A DNA stretch of 64,000 bases from Cycas panzhihuaensis (taxonomy: Eukaryota > Plantae > Cycadophyta), in the NCBI GenBank assembly GCA_023213395.1, contig CM041465.1:7936001-8000000 (forward strand), in the 5' to 3' direction. This document shows positions 54,175 through 64,000 of the stretch, one piece after another. Below the pieces are notes generated by a model that was given only the letters and a program-made list of their open reading frames with translations, was not told where the DNA came from and made no database searches. Position numbers and translations under genes: made by a program. The number at the start of each line of letters is the position of its first letter. Position 1 is the stretch's first letter.

Positions 54175-56142
54175 TGAAGAATAAAGAAGTGAGAATGGTT
54201 ACTCAAAGATGAAGGGAGAAACTTAGGGAAAAGTCACTAACACTTATGACAAATATTAACTTGACATAGTAGGAATATGAGAAGTACTATGATGAAAATT
54301 AAACACCAACACTTATGGTAAATATTAACCAGACGTAGTAGGAATATGAGAAGCACTATGATGAATATTGGCCACCAACACTTATGATAGAACTACCCTA
54401 ATACAGTAGGAATGTAGCACTATGATTACACTATAGATTATTACTCATAAATATGTGAGTAATCAATAAAGAAGATTTATATACCAATGTTAAAGTTGAT
54501 ATTATTGGGCACACATAACTCTGAAACTCAAATGTAAGATATGTAATCAACCCAATAACCTCTAACTTATGTCCAATATATAGTTGAGGTTGTTGAAGGG
54601 ATGCTTAGGCTTCTAATGGAATTAAGTTGGCCTTTACTTATGATACCTATAATTATGCTTGGTAATGAAATCTAAGTCACAAAAGAGCTCAGGTACTTCC
54701 AATCCTCGTCCAGTTGACCAATGAGTAGCTATATGCCTTCTCTGAAGATTGGTACACATATACCCATGGCTATGATAGATATTAAATCAAGTATATTTTA
54801 ATCTTATATTAAAGTTTTAGTTTTCCTGATTAGTTATCAAGATGAGGTACAATGGTATGGCTAACTAAACCTCACTAATATTCTAGTTAAGTCTAGTCTC
54901 AAATTGAAACCTACACCTCCTTTATGGCATGGCATTCTTCCAACTAAGGTGTCTTAACCTTATCAAGTATGTGAATAGGTACAAGATGGCAGAAAATAAT
55001 GCACATGATACATTCCTTTTAGGGAGAGTGAAAAGATTATCAAATTTACATCAAACATATATATAACTAAAAACGAGGTGCTTACTTGGAGTGCTTGTTT
55101 GGAGTGTTTTTATAATGTTGAGATAAAATGTTGAGAACTGAGGTGAGAACATAAGATATCACTCTAATCAAGGTGTTTTCCACTCACTTTTACAATGAGC
55201 TTTAAAGCCTTAAAAAATGAAGAAATTTTCTTCATTTTTTTTAATACAAAAAAGTATTCTTCACTAAAATAGCAATAACTTTCTCCCATGATAATAAAAT
55301 TAAGTGCCAGTTTTTATGTTGTAAACTAGACTTAGAGTTGCATCTTTTGGAAGTAGAATCAAGTCATGATAAGTTCTAAAAATTTTTTGGTAGTCCCACA
55401 AAGTGGATAGAATATATTTTTTCTAAAATTCTTATAAAAATAATTATTGTTTACTAAAATAGCAATAACATTCTTATATGATAACAAAATTAGGTGCCCA
55501 CTTTTGCACTAGAAACTAGACTCAGAGCTGCATCATTAGTAATTAGAATCAAGTCAATTGGATCTCTATATTGGAGTATCCTGCTGGACCCTCAGGTGTT
55601 TCCAACCCATCCTTAATCGGCTCCATGGATTTCCTCGACCTGGGTCGAGCCTGGCATGTTTGTGGGTTATAGTAGGATCAATTCTACCTTAGTCTTTTGG
55701 TTTAATAACAACTTCAACATGGTATCAAAGTCGTAGGGTCCTACATAACTAAAGCTTGATGTTAAATGGAGTAGTGTGATCGTTGGTTATTAGGTAACAT
55801 CATCTAACCCAAGATGAGTTTTGAGGATCCATCAACCCCGATAATGTACATATGTAGGCATAGTGTATCAGTGGTGGTTAAAATAATAAATATCACTATT
55901 CAACAGAGAATAAGGGTTCTTAGGAGTCAATATTCAGGTGTGAAGGCCATGTTTGTGGTTGGAGTTAGCTCGTTAAGGGTCATCTAAAGCTAGTTAAAGA
56001 ACTATTGTAGTAATTTAAGCCAACAAAGCATGTGTTAATGGTGATTCTAAAACTATAAGGACAACCAACCTTGTACACAAGTAAGTTAGTCATTTTTTCA
56101 TCCAAAACACTATAAAATTCAAAAAAGATGAAGATTTTTTTT
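54175..56142 (+). repeat. Donor segment of the ~2-kb inverted duplication
   Basis: Continuous with its flanks inside the leader of the minus-strand copia; reverse complement of 42923-44890. Confidence 0.93.
54239..54427. repeat. 69-bp tandem repeat (~2.7 copies) in the copia leader; inverted copy at ~44638-44826
   Basis: AACACTTATG…AGTAGGAATATGAGAAG(T/C)ACTATGATG repeated. Confidence 0.85.
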
Positions 56143-56178
56143 AGTGTCACCTTTATTCAATTTGTATAAGGGAGAGAT
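54488..56178 (+). mobile_element. Nested ~1.23-kb LTR (54488-55719) plus iMet PBS, short interior and PPT; 3' LTR absent (SIRE-like signals)
   Basis: TGTTAAAGTTG…CAACTTCAACA termini, TGGTATCAAAG at 55720, AAGGGAGAGAT at ~56168. Internal ~190-bp duplication and short palindromes. Confidence 0.6.
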
Positions 56179-57199
56179 TAAGCCTTCCCGAGTTGTTTTT
56201 AGCCCTCTATACTAAAATTTGATGAAGCACATAGTAGTATAAAGAATTATCCATTGTATTTTTAAGTTGTAGTACTTTTATAAGTGGAAGTATGACCTCT
56301 TATCTCTACCATATACACCTTGTTGATCCTACATCTGTATGTTGAGAGATAGTTGTGCTATTTGTATCCTATTTTGGAAGACTTGTGTGCTTTAATAAAG
56401 CACTATATAGTTGTTTAAGGTTGTCTGAGAGTATAGTATATTGGCTAGGCATGGTTTAGAGACCGTTGGGTTGTTTCTTCACCAAATCTGAGCTTGTTTG
56501 TTGCTCTTCCATTTAGCTAGGCATATTTTTTGGGCTAATTGGATAGTTATAGTACTATCTAGGTAGTGTATGGGCTATGTACCAACTGTGTGAAAGGAGA
56601 GCAGGCTGTGATAAAGATATAGGTTCGTTTAGAGATATGTTATTCTGCACAGGTTGACCTGCATTATTTATGGTAGCTGCACCTTTGTCTCCTTCCATGT
56701 GAAGTGCATGGAGATAAAGGGAAAGTGAATAATACTAAGTATGTTATGATAAAATCTTGAAAATATTTTCAAATCCACTTTTATAATCTCCTTCACCATA
56801 TGGATTGTGGGGGAGAAGGAAGTGATGGCTCCATTGTAAGTGAAAGTGAGAAATATAAAAGAAATAAACTCTGGTACGAGTTAAAAGGAGTGGATCTATC
56901 ATTCATCTCTATGCATTATATACAAAGGTAAACATGGGAGAAAAAGAGACTTGAGAAAGAAAGAGTAGCTCTCACAAAAATGGAGAGGTAAGAATGAGCC
57001 TCCTCCATTAAGCTTTTACTTTTATATTGAGAGAGGAAGCATTATAGTTAGGTGAAATGAAATTACATATAATATACATAAAAGTGCATTTCACTTAAGT
57101 GATATAATTTAAAGTTCATTTAAGACTCTTTTAAGAATAATTAATTAATATAATAACCTTATGATATTAACCTATTTCATGCATATTCTATGATTTCCT

Positions 57200-58750
57200 A
57201 TTTTTGATATAGTATTTATGTGTTCTAATTGTAGGTGTGGTCTTCTATTATTTCTATCTCCTAGATTAAATGTGGTAACATATGATTTTGACTCCATGAA
57301 GAGAAGGGATTCCTTCTTATTTATCTCCAAGTCTACAAGAATGATCAACTTCTCAAGCCAATGAACACTTCTTTGAAAGGAAAGGAGGAACAATAATATA
57401 TTTACTAACTCCACTTATGTAAGTATGTGTCTTCAACCAACAAAATACTTTATTTCTCTATATCATCCAAGGAATACTTTATGCCAAATTTGATAAGAAT
57501 TTCCATTATAATTACATGTATATATTTTCCAATTATGGCTATATAAAGATAGTATATCACTTCAACGTTATTGACTTTCATGGGTAAGTAACCTACCCAA
57601 AATATATAATAACCTTAGTGGACAAGATTTTGATCAAAAGATACTTCAACTATGTTCTTCCTTCTTTTGAATGAATCTTCTAGTACCAATGCAAGATAGG
57701 TTAATATAACTTGAATTCTTTCAAGGACAAGCATAGAAAAACTTGCCATGTTAAATATGATCATATAAAGTCTTGTGTACATGTATAAAACTATGTGACC
57801 TAATATTATTTGGATTTTGCCAACAAATTTATCACCATAAATTAAGGTGATATCATCTAAACTTTACATTAAGGCAGTTGTATCTCCATGATGTACCACC
57901 TATAAAAGATGATGTCTGAAATTATTTTTAGATTTTTTATCCTCCATCCTTTCAGTAATTCCCAATATAATCTTTCCTATCAACATGCTAAGGCTCAAGG
58001 TATTTAGTGAGATAATATTTTTCTCTATCTTCAAATCTTCATTGTTCTTATCTTCCTTAGATTTCAAATGAAGATCATTAGGTATATTTTTAGAAATAGA
58101 TTCATCCACTTTATGAATATTAGATGAGTCTATGTGAGAACTAATTTTTCCTTTTTACTTTTCGTTTTAACTTCTTTTTCTAGTTTTTAGTTAGGTTGTT
58201 GCATAGAGTTTATTCTCTAAGAACAACCTTCTTTCTTTCTTCATCCTTATTACCTATAATATAAAATTTATTTAGCCTTTTAAGAAACTTTTACACTGCC
58301 TAGGGGCTCTTTTCATATGCATCTTTTAACAAATTCTAGGCCTTATTTGTAATATCAATATTTTAAATTATATGAAAGAGGAACTTATAGGAAGAGGGAA
58401 GGTTTTCATTATCAAAAGCTATAATCATCACATTAATGGCTAATCTATTTTTCTTTTTGAAGCTTTCTTCCCCTACTTTATTAATTAATGTAGTACTAAG
58501 AATAATTTTCCATAGTCCTTTAGCTATAAATATGCACTCCATTTTAATTTTCTAAATTTGAAAATTAGTTCCAACATATTTAGGTAAGACTATGTTACTA
58601 TCTATTATCCAAAACTCATTTTTCTCTGGTATAAAAGTAATGATATCACTTAAGTCCATGATGCATAAATGAGTTGATTTATGTACCCACTTTAATATAA
58701 AGTAAACCTCTCAAAACAGCAAGAAAAGTTTCTAAACTCCATACCAAAGT
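57200..58750 (-). mobile_element. Truncated copia gag/protease remnant
   Basis: The minus strand reads 'LPKYVGTNFQI*KIKMECIFIAKGLWKIIL' (~58500-58590) and 'LNTLSLSMLIGKI' (ORF 57900-58109). PBS-like TGGTATGGAG at ~58737-58746. Confidence 0.68.
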
Positions 58751-61579
58751 ATCGTGCTCTATGATATGATTCCAATGCCTCTAACTATTTCAAAAATAAA
58801 TTCTTAGATGCAAAGGTGAGAAGCAAAATATATAACTATCCATTTTTTAAGAGTAAAATGAAGACTCTAAAAGTTTATCCTATTTTTGTGTGATAAGTAG
58901 AAGTTACATCAAGATTTTATATGCTCAAAAGCTTAGTTGTTAGGGGGCTGGTGGATCCTAACTCAAACTTCAATATGATTTAATTAAAAATGACATTACA
59001 AAATTTATATATTCTACCCTATCTTAATTAAAGTCCACAAATGCTAAAATAGAATTTAATTTTATTTAATTTAATCTTTCACTTTGAAAAAAAACTTATT
59101 ACCCTAAAAACCCTAACTAATCTATGTGTAGATCTACATGTATAAGGTAACTACAATATGACTCTCATTCAATGATCAAGCTTGAGTAAGGGTTTGACAT
59201 TTCTCACCCTAAATTTGTGTCTCTATAAGGTATCTTATGTGCCTCCTTGAATATGTCATTGGCAAATTTAGAGCTATGTCCTCTACTACAAATTTAATGA
59301 CTCCTCACCATCTACTAGTCCTCTTATGCTTCTAGCACCTACACTGCTAGGTGGGATATATAAATAGAAATCCATTGGAACTCATCATAGAGATAAGTTA
59401 TAGCTAAAAGAGTAGTGGTTTATGAGGTATAGTGAAATAATGGATGGGTGGAATGTTAAATATATGATTCCATGGCCAGATTAGGGTACCTTCGTGTGAT
59501 TAGAACAAGTGTTGGCCAAGAAGAAAAATACACCCAAGAAGGCTAATCCAGTAAAGAAACCTGAATCCTCCTACTATCTTAAAACCTTCAATAAGGTTCA
59601 TGATGGGAAATACCCATGTTAAGTTGCTTAAGGAGAATAAGAAGAGTTTTGTTGATAGGAATGGTAGTAAGTACCATAAGCAGGTTATCCACGAAGCCTT
59701 AGTATAACCTCTGCAAAGAATTTAATTCAAAAGCCTAGGAAGAAGGCTCAATGTGAGTAGTTGGACAAGGATGAGGTCACCTTTCCTAAAGGTCTACCAG
59801 GTTGCTTTAATCAAGGAAATTCCCTTGCCAAAAAATATGGTGTAGTTTCACCAACATATTAAAGATTCTATAGTATGATTATAGCAAGGGCCAGTTGTAC
59901 AAGAAGATGAGGTGCCTTTTAATGAAGATCATGCTCATTGTTCATGTGGTCATAGCTACAGAGATTGAGATTAATATGAAGACCTCACCATCTACTATAG
60001 ATATGCCCAATTAAAGACATTCAATAAAGTTCCACAGTTGAAAAATCATCATAATAAAGTTTTATGAGCAGCATAGTGATCTTAATAAAAAATGACTTTA
60101 ACAATACAAGTCTATAATAGAACAACACAAAGGTATGATATAATGACAGTGTAAGGTAGGATCATCATTAAAAAAAAAAACTTTTAGTGATAACACAAAC
60201 ACTCACAATATAAATAAAGGATATGAAGATATAATGGTAGTTAGCAATACAAATAATAATCATAGATAGACTAGGCTTTCAACGACAACACTATTAGGAT
60301 ATATTTTGTCACTAAGGGCTATGTGGAAACTAAATGTAGGGCTGTGTTGACCATTGGAATGCAAGTATAGACCATATAGAGGTATGTATGATGAGAAAAG
60401 CTAGAAAAGTAAGCATTCTAGGTACGTATGATAGGTGCATACCAGAATAGGTATGTAACACAAGATACATACCATTTGTAGTATGCTAAAGAACAACAAA
60501 GGTATGCATGATAGACTGGGACCGAAAGACACTAGAGGATGATGACATCAACACCAAGGGATATACATACGAACATATGGATGAAAAGGCACTAATTAAA
60601 TGTGATTAATCAATTGGTTAAATGAAAGGATACATTAAGGCTTAAAAGGTACGATTATGATAGGGAGTCATAACTCTTCAACAAAAGGCACCAAAGAGAC
60701 ACATTTAAGGAAGCTTACAAGGACCATTCTAGTGGTGAGAACTGAGTGATTCAATCCTATGGTATACTCTCAGGGGTGAGAGCTGAGCATTCATCTCATA
60801 TGGTGGTATGCTAGCCAGCACACATCTTTAGTGGTATAGAATAAAGTTACAGCAGATGCATTTCGTGATGCATACCCTTTTAGAATATATATAACAGAAC
60901 TCAGTGTATATGGCTAGAATGTATAGGGAATACATTCCAAAATGTATTGTATGAGATATATTACTTAATAAAAGGAAAAGTTATGTGGGAATCAATGTTC
61001 TATGTGTACTATGATGCTTGTGTAATGGATAATTACTTATTATTATACTAATGTATATAATCTGTGATGACATTATGTGGAATTATAAATAATCTATGAT
61101 GACTATGGTATATAAAGCATGTTAACTATATTCTAGAGTAGACTACTAGTGATCCCTTTACAAGTGTACATATCTTAGTAGGGAGATCTTGTAAAAATAA
61201 GCCAGCATTGATTTTGTTACCTACGTCCACTGATGAGGGGCTAGGGCTAGGAATTTCACAAGGGGAGAATGTTCAAAATGTAGAGGACCCTGGCTGTTGT
61301 CATAATGGTAGGCTATAACTAAGCCTTTAATAGTTAGGGGACCTTCCAATGCCACCTAAGAGGCCTTCAAAGGTGAGAGAGCCACAAAAGTGTACTTTAC
61401 CAAATGGGAAAGAAACAAGTAGACAGAGGACATTATCACGGTCAAAGGAGTCAAAATTAAGAAGAGTAAGAAGGCTAAGTTTACATAATAATAAGACTAA
61501 GGGATAGTCCGTTGAAGAATCCAAGGAAAGTAGAGCTCAAACACCTTAAGAATAAGGAGAGGAAAATAATAGTAAACAA

Positions 61580-64000
61580 ATGGTATTAACACCTACTCTA
61601 ATCAAATATAATCTTTTAAGCCCAAAAAAGGAGGAAAAACCAAAAGGAAATATGGAACATAATGACACCCTAAGGAAGGAAGAAAATACACATGTGGATG
61701 ATACCCTAAAGGACCTGAGTGATAGCAAGAAGAAGGCAGAGGAAGGTCCTTCAATATATTTAGAGAATAAATTAACAAGACAACTTTTTGAGGATTCATT
61801 AGACAAGGGGTTTGATCAATCATATATATTGGTCAAACCATTAATGATACAAGTGCCAGGAGTATCAGAGCTAATACATCTAAAAATGCCATTCAAGAAT
61901 TCCCTATTTGGAAGGGATAGTGTTGTACCAAGAACCCCATATACACCACCTAAAGTGAAGGGTGAAGAAGAAGGAGTAAAATCCTTTGAGGAGGTAAAAA
62001 GAGAAGGATCACCATTGGGTGGGACACTAGTACGATCACCAAGGATGGACAATTTTAAAGATTTTAGAAAACCTATCTTCAACAACACCTCAAATGTAGT
62101 AGAGCATGTGTATTTATTCTAGAATTTGATCAATATAAAGAAAATCATAGATGAAGATGAAATAAAGGTGAGATTTACTTGCACACTAAGGGGAGTACCA
62201 TTGGCATGGTACAAAGAATTGAATAAAATAGAAACATGGGCAAATATAAAGAAATCCTTTCAGAAAAGATTTTAGAAATTCTGAAGTAATGAAGTTGTGG
62301 AGATTGCTCTAAGGGAAATAAAGTAGAAGTCTAGCAAATCAATGTTAATTTGCATCAGTTGTATGAAAATCATTTCTGCCAACATGATTAATGAAATAGT
62401 TATGAACCACAACATGAATAACTATGTCATCAGAGGATTAAATAAAAAATTAAGGTCTATGATGCATGTGCATCTATTAAAATCATTTTAAAACACTCAA
62501 GAGTTGGCATTGAACTTTGAAACAGAGATGAATGCCTAAGCAGGAGGGCATAATACCCTTTTACTAAGGCCATAAGAAGAAATAAGAGAAATGAAATAGA
62601 ATCAACATAACTAACTCTTTTACCAAGTAGGAATCTTAGAAGAAGAAACTAAAGTGGAAGCTCTAAGGAAAGAGGTAGCTAGACTTCAGATGAGAAATAA
62701 CGAAGAGGAGGAAGAAGTAAAAAAGAGAAAGGACTGAGAATTTAAAATAAAAAAATGGTTCCATATTTATGAGTAAACTTTGCATACAACTAAGGAGTAT
62801 GAAATTAATCCAAAAAATAGTGCAATGCACCAAAAAGATAAATAGTGTCATATATGTAACATGGATAGTCACACAACTAAAGATTATTTTTATAATGCTA
62901 GAGGAAGAGCCTATACCTCAAAATATATATACAACGAGGAGTACACAAGAATTCTCAAAGAAAAAACAACCAATGGGGAGATGTTTGATCTATTTACAAT
63001 TTGGGCATTAGAAATTAGGCTACCCACTAAACAGGAATATGAACATAAACCATTCACATGCAATAATTGTGGGCCAAGTGAGCACAAAACAAAAGATTAT
63101 AAGGGAAAGGTAAAAGCAACTAACTTAATGACTATCATCCTAACAAGTAGAAAAAATGTAAAACTCTAAAAGAAACATAAAAAAAAAATGGATGAAGGGT
63201 ACCCAGACCTACAAACAAAAATAAACAGATTCAAACAAGTGAAATAAGTATTAGAGGAGTTAGCCCAAACTAAGACAATGTTACTAATGGGTATACCAAA
63301 AATAAAACATGTATATATAAGGAAGAATAGACAAAAGGAGAAAATACCAGACCTAAAAGACCTAGACCCAAACCTAAATCCCCCTTTTAACCTAAACCCT
63401 TACCCTAATTCACCTCTTGATACCTTAACCCCCTCTAACCCTAACCTTCCCTCTACCTCTAATGTGGGTCCTAAGGTAGAGTGCCCTTACCCACCCCAAT
63501 TCTAGCCTGAGGAAGGAAATAATGAGCCTTCCTCATCTTCTTTGGAGATACACCCACCCAGTAAAAGGTCCTTTTCAAACACTGATGCCAAATCTAAGGA
63601 AGAAGAAGATGAACTGGTGGAAAGTATCCCTAGAGATTCTAGTCTAGGAAATAAAATTGATACACTAGAAGAAGGAAATCATGAAGAATACATTGGAGAT
63701 TATGTGAAGCCTTTTTATGGAGAATAACTATATGGAACTACCCACTTAATACATTATATAGAACATTGGTTGGGAGAAGGAATAATAAATAAAGATCAAT
63801 TAAAGTATCATAAGAAGAAATTGATAAAGCATACCACACTAAGGAAAAGGTGAAAAAAGGCAAGGCATGACTACCACATCAAGACATCATATTTTAAAAA
63901 GGATGATCAAATATGGTGATTTAGAAACAAAACCCAAATACCCCAGGGAGAATTGAAGATGCATTAAAAATGCCCATATATGACTGAGAAGGTGTACAAA
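61580..64000 (+). pseudogene. Gypsy gag region (Phygy/Athila-like), running off the window end
   Basis: After ORF 61580-62122: 'KIIDEDEIKVRFTCTLRGVPLAWYKE…TWANIKKSFQKRF' (Retrotrans_gag), then two zinc-knuckle-like motifs 'CHICNMDSHTTKD' (~62846) and 'CNNCGPSEHKTKD' (~63059). Confidence 0.78.

Larger units (their letters stand above)
48781..57179 (-). mobile_element. Full-length decayed Ty1/copia element with an expanded 5' leader
   Basis: About 300-bp LTR pair at 48781-49077 and 56880-57179. Minus-strand PPT (TCTCTCCCTT at 49079). Degenerate iMet PBS (CTCTGGTACGA, ~56869-56879). No clean TSD. Confidence 0.85.

Noticed and set aside
42923-56142. Giant TIR/Foldback transposon with 2-kb TIRs
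   Set aside because: There is no TSD and no transposase. The interior simply continues the array and neighbouring retroelements, and the left arm replaces deleted sequence.
61222-61260. GTC…CTGATGAG resembling a hammerhead ribozyme core (retrozyme)
   Set aside because: No room for stem I between GTC and CTGATGA, and no stem II followed by GAAA.
58800-61300. Possible LTR/leader of the terminal gypsy and further degraded coding traces
   Set aside because: No partner LTR, convincing PBS or recognisable motif within the window, so boundaries cannot be supported.

Overview
AT-rich, CpG/CHG-depleted plant heterochromatin made almost entirely of nested, decayed LTR retrotransposons. No intact host gene, RNA gene or intact retrotransposon ORF was found. 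The proteins look like those of non-angiosperm land plants (Phygy/Athila-like and CRM-like Ty3/gypsy, several Ty1/copia), but the host cannot be identified from sequence alone. The main points are: (1) a non-autonomous LTR element (5889-9372, TSD ATAAA) whose interior is a mosaic of captured host exon fragments (ankyrin part of an ANK-CCCH tandem zinc-finger gene, an APE2 AP-endonuclease fragment, and one unidentified antisense fragment); (2) a minus-strand gypsy (12417-29402) hosting a CRM-like gypsy (17881-25524) with an abnormal third LTR end, and both lineages carry 21-bp U3 arrays with the same GTGCAACCAAG core; (3) a TRIM/LARD-like element (30354-32072) containing an inverted copy of its own LTR (about 189-bp hairpin), amplified with flanking DNA into a five-unit, about 3-kb tandem array with A-B-A-B-A higher-order structure (30604-47050); (4) a recent, near-identical, about 2-kb inverted templated insertion (42923-44890 = reverse complement of 54175-56142) that replaced the (TA)n tract of unit 5. 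All coordinates and alignments were read by eye, so boundaries may be off by a few bases.
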